Shown piece after piece: positions 9,088-18,517 of a stretch of DNA of 64,000 bases. The stretch comes from an uncultured Gemmatimonadaceae bacterium. GTDB taxonomy: Bacteria > Gemmatimonadota > Gemmatimonadetes > Gemmatimonadales > Gemmatimonadaceae. Where the stretch lies: the NCBI GenBank assembly GCA_963817955.1, contig CAWFQK010000008.1, forward strand, positions 1 through 64,000, given 5' to 3'. The position numbers and the translations under genes are program-made. The notes under the pieces were generated by a model. The model was not told the DNA's origin. It made no database searches and was given only the letters and a program-made list of their open reading frames with translations. How positions within the stretch are numbered: position 1 is the stretch's first letter; every line of letters begins with the position of its first letter.

Positions 9088-10497
9088 TCAGCGCCCTCCG
9101 CCACCGCGGGCACCGCCGCCACCCCCACCGCCAGTCATCCCGCCAATGCCCGAACGGCTCTGTATGCGCTGCAGTGTCGTATCGCGACTGGCTTGCACGC
9201 GGACATCACTGAGCAACGCCACGCGCTCGCCGGGCACGAGCCCGGCCGTGACCTGCGTGACATCGTAGTTACCGCCGTTGAGCATGACCATGCGCGGTGC
9301 GAAGCGCTTGGTGACCGTATCCTGTACGAACACGATCCCGCGGCGCGGAGCCTGTGTCGCGGCCGCGCTCGCCGCACGTGGCATTCCGGCAAGCGCCACC
9401 TCCCCACCAGCGACGCCGCCGCGACCGCCGCGACCGCCGCGACCGCCGCGACCTCGTCCACCGCGCCCCGTGCTGCGCGCGGCGGCACCCACCGTGTCCG
9501 TGCGTCGCGCCGATGCTAGCTGCCGCACCGAGTCCGCCGTGGCGCTACCGATCCCAAGCACCGACGCGAGCTTCAGCGACTCCTCCAGCGAGGCGATCGC
9601 GTCGTTGGGCACCGTCGCGGCGCCGACCAACCGCGTGATGTTGATCGTTGCATCGCTGTTCATGCCAGGCAGCAGGAGACGCGCGGCATTGTCCAGCGAG
9701 ATCAACACCGGAAACATCGTGACGCTTTGCTGAACGATGGCCTGCGGCGAGATACGGATGACCTTGCCGCGAAAGGTCTGGTTCGGATACGCGGCGACCG
9801 ACACGTCCACATCCTGCCCGACCTTCACCTGTCCGATGTCGCTTTCGTTGACGAGCGCGCTATCCAGAACCTTGCCGAGATCGGCGATCGTTACGAGCGT
9901 CGTGCCCCCACCGACGACGTTCGTCGCCGATGCAATCACCTGACCGACTGAGACGCTCTTGTCGATGATCGTCCCCGCCATGGGAGCGACCACCGTGGCG
10001 TCGGCAAGGTTGATCGACGAGATCTGGACATTGTTCTGCGCGCTGGCCACGGCCGACTCCGCGTTGCTGAACGCGACGGCGGCGGTCTCATACTCCTGGC
10101 GCGTAATCGCGCGCTGGCGCAACAGCGTGTCCTCGCGTGCGAGCTCGATCTTCTGCGCCGCAAGATTGTCTTGCGCTGCCTTGAGCCCGGCCACGGCGGC
10201 GTCGTACTGGCTCTGCATTTGACGCGGGTCCACTTCCACGAGCAGATCGTTCGGCTTCACGAGCGAGCCGACGACCACCGGCATCTTGACGATCTGTCCC
10301 GAGGCTTTGGATTTCACCTGCACGGCGTCCACCGGCTCGATCAGACCCGTCGCCTCCACGTTGACGATGATGTCCTGCTTCACGACCGGCGCGGTCTCGA
10401 TGCTCGCCGTCGAGCTCGACGGACGGTTGCAGGCCGCGAGGGTGAGGAGGATCGAGGAGAGTGCAGTGGCGAAGGCCGCAGCGACGGCGTGTTTCAC
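9088..10497 (-). CDS. MacA-like efflux periplasmic adaptor subunit
   Basis: Probable GTG start at 10497 after GGAG. Lipobox-like LAAC; VQVKSKASGQI, APMAGTII, VNESDIGQVKVGQ and LLPGMN motifs; Gly/Arg-rich insert. Confidence 0.88.
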   Translation of the reverse strand: MKHAVAAAFATALSSILLTLAACNRPSSSTASIETAPVVKQDIIVNVEATGLIEPVDAVQVKSKASGQIVKMPVVVGSLVKPNDLLVEVDPRQMQSQYDAAVAGLKAAQDNLAAQKIELAREDTLLRQRAITRQEYETAAVAFSNAESAVASAQNNVQISSINLADATVVAPMAGTIIDKSVSVGQVIASATNVVGGGTTLVTIADLGKVLDSALVNESDIGQVKVGQDVDVSVAAYPNQTFRGKVIRISPQAIVQQSVTMFPVLISLDNAARLLLPGMNSDATINITRLVGAATVPNDAIASLEESLKLASVLGIGSATADSVRQLASARRTDTVGAAARSTGRGGRGRGGRGGRGGRGGVAGGEVALAGMPRAASAAATQAPRRGIVFVQDTVTKRFAPRMVMLNGGNYDVTQVTAGLVPGERVALLSDVRVQASRDTTLQRIQSRSGIGGMTGGGGGGGARGGGGR

Positions 10498-10725
10498 GAG
10501 GACGCTCCAATGTGCCTGTGAGTGAGACGCCGCGACGCGCACGGTGTTAGGTGCGGCGTCCCACTCGCAACGCGTCGTGCAAACGTACGTGCGCGGTTCA
10601 ATGCTACGCGTCAGGCGTCACGCGAACGACGGTCCGGAAATGCCGTACGCTGTTAGCGGACCGTTGAAATAGTGCTGGCCAGGAGTCAGATCAGTTCGAG
10701 GGCATGCGCATCAATTCGAGGGCCG

Positions 10726-11136
10726 GAACAGCTTTTGAACGCAGAGGTCGCAGAGAACTGCAAGAGAACTGCAGAGGACTGCAAAAGAGAACTACAAGAG
10801 AGAACTACAAGAGAGAACTACAAGAGAGAACTACAAGAGAGAACTACAAGAGAGAACTGCAAAAGAGAGCTGCAAAGGGGGGACCGCAAAAAAAGAACTG
10901 CAAGCGTACGGAAGAGGGAGGCGGGTATCGGTGGAATGACCCGTGATTGCCGAGTCCACAATCATTCCGCCGATATCGCTGATGATCCCGACCTGGGCGA
11001 TACCATCGGAGCGTCACGACGGCATCAGCCAACATCCAGGCGAGACAATCCTGCACGGTCCTCTGCAGTTCTCTTGCAGTTCTCTTGCAGTTCTCTTGCA
11101 GTTCTCTTGCAGTTCTCTGCAGTTCAAAAGCTGTTC
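10726..11136. mobile_element. Palindromic MITE-like element copy B
   Basis: Perfect 15-bp terminal IR GAACAGCTTTTGAAC / GTTCAAAAGCTGTTC. Internal AGAGAACT(A/G)CA microsatellites in both arms. Conserved core of about 165 bp. Confidence 0.78.
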
Positions 11137-11147
11137 TATCGGTCGCA

Positions 11148-11179
11148 GAGATCCTTCGCTTCGCTCAGGATGACAGGCG
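11148..11179 (-). repeat. REP-like repeat GAGATCCTTCGCTTCGCTCAGGATGACAGGCG
   Basis: Same family as the copies at 4513 and 6430; again adjacent to a MITE-like copy. Confidence 0.8.
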
Positions 11180-11203
11180 ATTCACTCGTAGCTCAACAGT
11201 CTG

Positions 11204-13909
11204 TTAGCGCCGCGAGAACAACCGGTCGAGCGCAGCCACATAATTCGTCACGACGACCATCACGCCCGTGCGCGGCGGTGCGGGCGTGATGAACGTTGTA
11301 TCGCCCGGGAGTACCGCGTAGCCCAATCCAATGTTGCGGGACACGAGGATCGGCTTCACCTGGCCGGCGATCAGCTCCCTCCCATCGACGATCGGCGCGG
11401 CGAAGAGCGTGTCGCCATTGACGTAGAATAGGTCGCGACCGCTGTGAGCAAAGCGCGGCATCGTACCGCCGTTCAGCGACACCCGCCGCTGCGTTCCGCC
11501 CGCGACAGGGCGTACGAACACCTCGACGCGCCCGCTCTCGTCCGACGTGAACGCCAGCAGCCTCCCGTCCGGACTCACGGCCGGTTCTGACTCGGCGTAT
11601 TCCGTTGCCACGACGGTGTCGAGTTTCGCCGGATTGTCGGGCGACAGGCGCATCAGATCGCCCGGCGGCGCGCCGCGCCCACCCGACGGTCTTCCGGCGA
11701 CGCGCACGATCACCTGGCCATTCGGCAACCACGCCATGGGGCCAAGGACTGCGCCGCGACCGCCGCCGGGTCGCGAGAGCATCGCCACCGGAATCGAACT
11801 GCCGTCCCACGTCCGGCGCATCAGCACGGACGTGGTGGGCGTATCGGTGCTCACGCGCACGAATGACAGCTCGCGCCCGTTCGGTAGCCACGCGGGGGCC
11901 TGATCGCGGTCATCGGAGCGCAGCCGCGTCACTCGGCCCGTGGCGAGCTCGTACACGTACAGGTTGTATGGCGGCGGTCCGTTCTGCGCCGAGCCCGCTG
12001 TCTGCGGCGGTGCCCCCTGCATGGCGAGCCGCTGCCCGTCCGGCGACAAGGCCATTCGGGTGAAGCGCAGCGTATCTGGAATGTTGGGCAGTGCGACCGT
12101 CGCGCCGCCAATCGAACGCGTGACGAGACTCGAGCCCGATTGTTCGGGTACCGGCACATACACGAGCACGTCTGCACTGGTCGCCAGATGGGTCACCCCG
12201 CCGCTCGGTACATCGAGGAAGGCCGCGGGCGGGCGCGAAAACGCGAGGCGGTCCATGTCGAACGGTGCGCCCCATATCGATGCGCCACGCGCGAAGAGGA
12301 CATACCCCGGCTCCACGAATTGGGCGAACGAACCGCTCACCCCGAGCGGCTTGAGCGTCTTCTTCCGCAGATCGAATGCGTCGAGCTCTGATGCGCCATT
12401 GCGAATCAGACCGACGATCAGTCCACGCCCCCGCGGCAACACGCAGATCTCTGTCGCGATCGCGTCAAACTTGACGAGGGTGTCCACGGCCCCACCCTCC
12501 GCGCGCACGCGCGCCAGACCGCGGACCGGCGACGCGGGATCGGCGAATGCGAAGTACACGTAGCCGTCGGTGCCCCACGCGCCGCTTCGTCCGCCCGCCG
12601 CCGTAAGCGAGCGCGCCGCACCACCGGCCAACGGAATGGCCGACACACCGCCGCGGCCGGAGGCCAGCGCGTTTGCGCCGTCGGGTGATAGGCCGCGCAC
12701 GGGTCCCGAGTTGGGTGTGGCGTCGCGCAACTTGCGGATGCCGAGGCTGTCGAGCCACCGCTCGTAGTATCCAGACCGTGCCGACCAGATCAGGCGGCGC
12801 CCATCGGGACTCAACACGACTTGCGCACCGAACGCGGAGTCCGGCACGGGAATCTCGAATCGCGCCGTGACATCCGCGCCGCGCCGCGCCGCGCGGGCCC
12901 AGCCGGCGATGGCGGCGGCGGCAAGCACCGCGATCGCGGCGAGGGCGGCCCATTCGCCCCCGCGCAGATACGGAAAGGCACGCCTCGGCGAACGCGCGGC
13001 CTTCCCGCTTGCTGCTGGCGCCGTGTACAGCGGATTCTCGAGCGCCGCGGCGAAGTCCGCGGCTGTGGCGAAGCGATCCGCCGGGACCTTGTTGAGCGCC
13101 GTCATCGTCGCGGCGGCGACATTCGATGGGGTGGAGCGCCGCAGCGTGGACACCGGCGCAGGCTCGACCGTCATCAGCTTGGTAATGACGGTCTGGGCTG
13201 TTGGACCGGTAAAGGGCGGCTCGCCCGTGAGCATTTCATACAGCACACAGCCAAGGGCATACACGTCGGCGCGCGCGTCGAGGGTGCGCTCGCCCATCGC
13301 CTGCTCGGGGCTCATGTATTGCGGCGTGCCGAGGGACATGCCGCTTTCAGTGATGCGTGTGCCGTCCGTGGATCGCGTGACGGCGAGGGCAATGCCAAAA
13401 TCGGCGACGAGCGGCTGTCCCTCGTGGAGCAGGATATTTTCGGGCTTGATGTCGCGGTGGATTACGCCACGCCGGTGCGCGTAGTCCAGCGCGCGCGCCA
13501 CGTCGACGGCGATGCGTGTGGCTTCGGGCACGGCGAGCTGTGTTTCGCGCGTCAGTCGTTGTCGCAGCGATTCGCCGTCGATGTACGGCATGACGTAGTA
13601 CACGGTGCCTTCGACAGCGCCGGAATCAATCAGTCCCAGAATGTGCGCGTGCTGCAGGTTGGCCGTCGTCTTGATCTCACTCAGAAAGCGCTCGACGCCG
13701 ACGGCGGCCGCGAGTTCGGGGCGCAACACCTTGATGGCGACGGGGCGATCGTGCCGCAGGTCGTGGGCGAGGTAGACGGTGGCCATGCCGCCGGCACCGA
13801 GCTCGCGCTCGATGCGGTATCGGTCGGCAAGGGCACGGGCCAAGGAGGAGGTCCTTGGCGAAACGCTTGCGACGGCTGCGGGATTACTGAAATCGGACAT
13901 GTCGGACAT
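11204..13909 (-). CDS. Ser/Thr protein kinase with TM segment and TolB/PD40-type beta-propeller
   Basis: LGAGGMATVY, VAIK, HRDIKPEN, DFG and GTPQYMSPE motifs; SPDG repeats in the C-terminal half. Confidence 0.92.
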   Translation of the reverse strand: MSDMSDFSNPAAVASVSPRTSSLARALADRYRIERELGAGGMATVYLAHDLRHDRPVAIKVLRPELAAAVGVERFLSEIKTTANLQHAHILGLIDSGAVEGTVYYVMPYIDGESLRQRLTRETQLAVPEATRIAVDVARALDYAHRRGVIHRDIKPENILLHEGQPLVADFGIALAVTRSTDGTRITESGMSLGTPQYMSPEQAMGERTLDARADVYALGCVLYEMLTGEPPFTGPTAQTVITKLMTVEPAPVSTLRRSTPSNVAAATMTALNKVPADRFATAADFAAALENPLYTAPAASGKAARSPRRAFPYLRGGEWAALAAIAVLAAAAIAGWARAARRGADVTARFEIPVPDSAFGAQVVLSPDGRRLIWSARSGYYERWLDSLGIRKLRDATPNSGPVRGLSPDGANALASGRGGVSAIPLAGGAARSLTAAGGRSGAWGTDGYVYFAFADPASPVRGLARVRAEGGAVDTLVKFDAIATEICVLPRGRGLIVGLIRNGASELDAFDLRKKTLKPLGVSGSFAQFVEPGYVLFARGASIWGAPFDMDRLAFSRPPAAFLDVPSGGVTHLATSADVLVYVPVPEQSGSSLVTRSIGGATVALPNIPDTLRFTRMALSPDGQRLAMQGAPPQTAGSAQNGPPPYNLYVYELATGRVTRLRSDDRDQAPAWLPNGRELSFVRVSTDTPTTSVLMRRTWDGSSIPVAMLSRPGGGRGAVLGPMAWLPNGQVIVRVAGRPSGGRGAPPGDLMRLSPDNPAKLDTVVATEYAESEPAVSPDGRLLAFTSDESGRVEVFVRPVAGGTQRRVSLNGGTMPRFAHSGRDLFYVNGDTLFAAPIVDGRELIAGQVKPILVSRNIGLGYAVLPGDTTFITPAPPRTGVMVVVTNYVAALDRLFSRR

Positions 13910-14083
13910 GGGTGATGCTTACATCGCGGAGGCGTTCGGCGCCAGCTGAACACGTCCTGATGATGTTTGCCGGGAGCGAGTGAAATTCGCGATCAAAGTG
14001 AAACTGCCCAACCAAACACGCCCGTAGGGTGTCCAAGCAATAGCCCAGTGCTCCAAGCCCCCTCTTCCGGACTGAACAGCGTG

Positions 14084-16663
14084 ATGATTGGCATGATGGC
14101 GGTCCTCGGACTTGTCCTTAATCTGCAGGTTCCACAGGGCAGCGAGGGGCGCGCGCACGTGCGCGCCACGGCTCCGTCCAAAGTTGTGCTGCCCACCGAC
14201 AGCAGTGCGGTCGCAACCCGCGCGACAGTTCCCCCCGTCATCGATGGCATCGACGACGACCAGGTGTGGCGAAGCGCTCCGCCCATCACAGGGTTCAAGC
14301 AATGGCAGCCTACAGAAGGGAAGGCGCCGCGCTTCCGCACCGAGGCCAAGGTCGCCTTCGATGCGGGGAATCTCTACGTGTTCGTGCGCGCGTTCGATCC
14401 GCACCCCGACAGCATCATCAAGCTGCTGGAGCGGCGGGATACGTTCACACCTTCTGACATGATCTGGCTGTTCGTCGACTCCTATCACGACCGGCGCACC
14501 GGCTATGAGTTCGGCGTGAACGCTGCCGGGGTAAAGATGGACCAGGCGATATACGATGGCGGCAACGAAGATGGCGCCTGGGACGCGGTCTGGGACGCAG
14601 CGACGCGGATCGACTCGCTCGGCTGGACCGCTGAGTTTCGCATTCCGTTGTCGCAAATGCGCTACAGCACCGATCGCGAGCACACCTTCGGCTTCACGAT
14701 CGACCGGGACATTTATCGGTTCGCGGAGCGCGTGAGCTGGCCGGCCGTCAGCCAGGCGAAACCGGACATCGTGTCGCAACTCGGCACGCTCGGCGGACTC
14801 GACGATCTCGAGGCGCCGCGCCGGCTCGAAGCCGTGCCATACATCGTCACGAAGAATGCCTCGCAGATCTCGAACAACCGATTCACGAATCCATCGAACG
14901 TCACCGTGGGCGGCGATCTGAAATACCGGGTTGCACCCAATCTCACGCTCGATGCCACCGTCAATCCGGATTTCGGCCAGGTGGAGTCCGATCCCGCAGT
15001 GCTCAACCTCTCGGCGTATGAATCGTTCTTCGACGAGCGCCGGCCCTTCTTCGTCGCCGGCCGTGGGCTGTTTCGCTTCGACGTCAACTGCAACAACGTC
15101 AACTGCAGCAACGAGGGCCTGTACTACAGCCGGCGAATTGGCCGCACGCCAGAGCTCGCGGGTATCTATGGTGACACCGTCCCATCGCAGCCGACGACCA
15201 TCCTGGGCGCCGCCAAGCTGCTGGGCCGGTTCCCCAGCGGCCTGACGTTCGGTGTCCTGGACGCAGCGACCCAGCGGACGTCGAGCCCCGGCGACACCAC
15301 CTTCGAGCCATCGACGAACTTCGCGGTCGCCCGCGCGCGGCAGGATCTGCGAAACGGCAACACCAGCATCGGCGGCATGCTCACTGCGGTCAACCGCAAC
15401 AACGACCGCTGGTCATCGCCCTATCTGGCGTCGCGTGCGTACGCGGGAGCGGTGGATTTCCGTCACCGCTTTTTCCAGAACAATTATGAAGTGTCCGGAT
15501 CGCTCGATCAGAGCCAGGTGCAGGGCAGCCGCGCCGCGATCCTCGCCGTGCAGACCGATGCCGTGCACTACTACCAGCGTCCAGACGCCGGACTTCCGCT
15601 CGACTCCACGCGTACCATGCTCGGCGGCAACGCCGAGGAATTCAAGTTCGGTAAAGTCGGCGGCCAGCATCTGATGTTCGAATCGGCGTATCAGCGCCGC
15701 TCGGCCGGGTTCGAGGTGAACGACCTCGGGTATCTGCGGCGGGCAGACCAGCAGTCGTGGAGCACGTGGGTAGGTTTCTTCGACCGCCAGGAGCGCTCAC
15801 TGTACAACCGGTTCCAGTGGAATAACAACTGGTGGCAGTACTGGACCGCGTCGGGGCTGCCGCTCGAGGCCGCGTACAACACCAATCTCCACCTCACGCT
15901 GAAGAACAATTGGTCGTGGAACGTGGGAAGTACGGTGGGTCAGCTTGGCACGACGTACGACGATCGCTCGGCGCGCGGTGGCCCGGCCGTGCGACAGGAC
16001 CGGTACATCTCGCCGTGGATCAATGTCGGCGGCAACGATCGCCGGTCGGTGGTGCCCTTCATCAACGGCAGCTACTTTCGTGGCGACGCGGGCCGCAATT
16101 CATCGTGGAGTGTGGGCCCGGAGGTCGACTATAAACTCCTCGGCCGATTCAGTTCGGCGGTAGCGTTCAACTGGTCGCACAACATCAGCGACAACCAGTG
16201 GTACGGGAACTTCACGGATGGCGTGGGCGCGACGCATTACACCTTCGCCCACCTCGATCAGACCACGACGTCGGCAACGGTGCGCCTCAATTACACCTTC
16301 ACGCCGAGTGTGTCGCTGCAGGCCTACGTGCAGCCATTCGTGTCGAAGGGCGTTTACACGGACGTGCGACAACTGTCGGCTCGTCCGCGCGCTTCGGCGT
16401 ACGACGATCGGTACATGGCATACGACAACCCTGCTGTGACCGAGAACCCCGGTGGATTCAACTTCAAGGAATTCCAGTCCAACATCGTCTTCCGCTGGGA
16501 GTACAGACCCGGATCGACGTTGTTCGTCGTGTGGAACGAAGGGCGGCAGGGGGCCTCGTCGGCCGAAGGGACAAACAGTTTTCAGGGCGACGTCCGCGAT
16601 CTGCTCCGGTTGCACCCGGCCAATACGTTTCTCGTGAAAGCCTCGTATTGGCTGAACAAGTGA
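14084..16663 (+). CDS. CBM9-like + DUF5916 outer-membrane beta-barrel protein
   Basis: PPVIDGIDDD..W, GWTAEFRIPLSQMRY, TVNPDFGQVESDPAVLNL and ERRPFF motifs; C-terminal KASYW. Start is approximate. Confidence 0.8.
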   Translation: MIGMMAVLGLVLNLQVPQGSEGRAHVRATAPSKVVLPTDSSAVATRATVPPVIDGIDDDQVWRSAPPITGFKQWQPTEGKAPRFRTEAKVAFDAGNLYVFVRAFDPHPDSIIKLLERRDTFTPSDMIWLFVDSYHDRRTGYEFGVNAAGVKMDQAIYDGGNEDGAWDAVWDAATRIDSLGWTAEFRIPLSQMRYSTDREHTFGFTIDRDIYRFAERVSWPAVSQAKPDIVSQLGTLGGLDDLEAPRRLEAVPYIVTKNASQISNNRFTNPSNVTVGGDLKYRVAPNLTLDATVNPDFGQVESDPAVLNLSAYESFFDERRPFFVAGRGLFRFDVNCNNVNCSNEGLYYSRRIGRTPELAGIYGDTVPSQPTTILGAAKLLGRFPSGLTFGVLDAATQRTSSPGDTTFEPSTNFAVARARQDLRNGNTSIGGMLTAVNRNNDRWSSPYLASRAYAGAVDFRHRFFQNNYEVSGSLDQSQVQGSRAAILAVQTDAVHYYQRPDAGLPLDSTRTMLGGNAEEFKFGKVGGQHLMFESAYQRRSAGFEVNDLGYLRRADQQSWSTWVGFFDRQERSLYNRFQWNNNWWQYWTASGLPLEAAYNTNLHLTLKNNWSWNVGSTVGQLGTTYDDRSARGGPAVRQDRYISPWINVGGNDRRSVVPFINGSYFRGDAGRNSSWSVGPEVDYKLLGRFSSAVAFNWSHNISDNQWYGNFTDGVGATHYTFAHLDQTTTSATVRLNYTFTPSVSLQAYVQPFVSKGVYTDVRQLSARPRASAYDDRYMAYDNPAVTENPGGFNFKEFQSNIVFRWEYRPGSTLFVVWNEGRQGASSAEGTNSFQGDVRDLLRLHPANTFLVKASYWLNK

Positions 16664-16834
16664 GGCCAGCCATCACTGGATGATCTCGTCTGGCGAACCC
16701 AGGCCGCGCGCGCGTGGCGGCCTGGGGAGTAGAAATTTCGAGGACGTTCATACGTTGTCGGACGGCGCGAAAGTAGCTATGTTTATAGCACGAGGCACTC
16801 CGACCATGTGGCACTCGGACAATTGACGTCCTGC

Positions 16835-16863
16835 AAGGGCCCAGCACTGCTCGGGCCTTTTTT
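16835..16863 (+). terminator. Intrinsic-terminator-like hairpin plus T6 upstream of the desaturase
   Basis: AAGGGCCCAGCA-C-TGCTCGGGCC-TTTTTT, about 80 nt before ATG 16942. Confidence 0.55.
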
Positions 16864-16941
16864 CATTCCTGGTGTCGCGTCCGCTTTGATGATTCGCTGG
16901 CACCAGCACGGCGCGGGGGGTACCCGCCCGAGGAGCAAACG

Positions 16942-17967
16942 ATGACAGATCTGACCAGTCAGACCTCCCGCACGGATTGGCGTGCGGTCGTGTCGCCCTA
17001 CCAGCGCTCTGAGATCGCCCGCTCGATTACACAGATGGCCACGACCCTCATCCCGCTCGCTGGCGTCTTTTACTTGATGTACCGCTCGTTGGCGTTGCCG
17101 TACTGGATGACCCTGCTGCTCGCGCTCCCTGCCGCCGGGTTTCTGGTGCGGACGTTCATCATCATGCACGACTGCGCGCACGGCTCGTTTCTCCCGTGGA
17201 AGCGAGCGAATGCGATCATTGGCTGGATCGCGGGCGTCGTGACGCTGACGCCGTTCGGTCAGTGGCGCCACGACCATGCGCTGCATCACGCCTCATCCGG
17301 CGATCTCGACCGCCGCGGGCACGGCGACGTCGAGACCTTGACTGTACGTGAGTACGCTGCGCTCGCGCGCAAGGCACGTCTGAAGTACCGCCTCCTGCGG
17401 AACCCGCTCGTACTCTTCGGTCTTGGCCCGATCCATTTCGTGCTCACGAACCGCCTTCCTCCGCGCGGTAACGAGTCGACGAAGCGGCTCCTCCGGAGCG
17501 TCTGGTCCACGAACATTGCGATCGCGGTGCTCGTCGCCGCGGCGTCGTTCTGGATCGGCTGGCGCGCAGTGTTGCTCATCTACGCCCCGGCGATGTACGT
17601 CGCGGCGGCGGCGGGCATCTGGCTCTTCTATGTGCAGCACCAGTTTGAAGGCACCTACTGGCAACAGCATGGCGAGTGGGACTATGCCGCCGCGGCAATC
17701 CACGGCAGCTCCTACCTCAAGCTTCCGGGGGTGCTGCATTGGTTCACCGGCAGTATCGGGCTGCACCACGTACACCATCTCGGACCGCGTATTCCGAACT
17801 ATGCCCTGAAACGCTGTCATGAGGAGAATGCAATGTTCCACGACGTCACGGTCATCACGCTTGCGCAGAGTGTGCGCACGCTGCGTCTCACATTGTGGGA
17901 CGAGACCCGCCAGCAACTGGTCGGGTTCCGCGACGTCGTCATCCCACGTCCAATGCAGGTGAGCTGA
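16942..17967 (+). CDS. Membrane fatty acid desaturase (Bacillus Des-like)
   Basis: His boxes HDCAH, HALHH and HHVHH; FYVQHQFE and RIPNY motifs; RBS GAGGAG. Confidence 0.92.
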   Translation: MTDLTSQTSRTDWRAVVSPYQRSEIARSITQMATTLIPLAGVFYLMYRSLALPYWMTLLLALPAAGFLVRTFIIMHDCAHGSFLPWKRANAIIGWIAGVVTLTPFGQWRHDHALHHASSGDLDRRGHGDVETLTVREYAALARKARLKYRLLRNPLVLFGLGPIHFVLTNRLPPRGNESTKRLLRSVWSTNIAIAVLVAAASFWIGWRAVLLIYAPAMYVAAAAGIWLFYVQHQFEGTYWQQHGEWDYAAAAIHGSSYLKLPGVLHWFTGSIGLHHVHHLGPRIPNYALKRCHEENAMFHDVTVITLAQSVRTLRLTLWDETRQQLVGFRDVVIPRPMQVS

Positions 17968-18323
17968 TGGCCGCGCCGAAATCGCACCCAGGTGGAAAGT
18001 TGGATCTCGTCGAGTTTCAGGATGGCGAGCGCACGTTCACATGCCGCGCCGAGTCTTCTCCCGCTACGCCGGGCACTCTCTGGTGGTGGATCAGTGTGAC
18101 GGGCGAGAACCAGCGCTACGCCGCCTTCCGCGCCGAGGTCGATGATACGGCGCCGACGCTGCGACCGCGCGTGCTCGCCTACTACGAGCAACTCCTCGCC
18201 GATCGCGCGCGCCCTCGCGAGATTCGCTCGCACTGGTCGCAGCGCCGCCCCGCACAGAAGGCGGCCGAGGCTGATGGAGCGGCTGCCGCGGACGGGATCG
18301 CGGACGGGATCGACGAGCCGTAG
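17967..18323 (+). CDS. Hypothetical protein (118 aa), coupled to the desaturase
   Basis: ATG overlaps the desaturase TGA. Globular-looking sequence (FTCRAESS..LWWWISV..RYAAF). Confidence 0.6.
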   Translation: MAAPKSHPGGKLDLVEFQDGERTFTCRAESSPATPGTLWWWISVTGENQRYAAFRAEVDDTAPTLRPRVLAYYEQLLADRARPREIRSHWSQRRPAQKAAEADGAAAADGIADGIDEP

Positions 18324-18446
18324 TATCAGGCCCGTCGAAGCTCCTACTAGCGCAGGCGGGGATTGGACTCCGGGCTCAATTCCGGCTGGTTGTCGCTGGC
18401 TGCTCCGTAGCGGTCGGCCCACCGGTCGGCGAGGTTCGAGTTTCCA

Positions 18447-18493
18447 GTTGTGAGTTGTGCGTTGTGAGTGTCTCGTGTCTCGTGTCTCGTGTC
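18447..18493. repeat. Heptamer tandem repeats (GTTGTGA-like x3, GTGTCTC x3+)
   Basis: Visible directly downstream of the stop of the minus-strand gene at 18518. Confidence 0.8.
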
Positions 18494-18517
18494 AGGACAA
18501 CGCGCAAGGCCTCGCGC

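Noticed and set aside
18324..18446. GGTTCGAG T-loop-like motif suggesting a tRNA or other ncRNA
   Set aside because: I could not build a cloverleaf, acceptor stem or CCA end.
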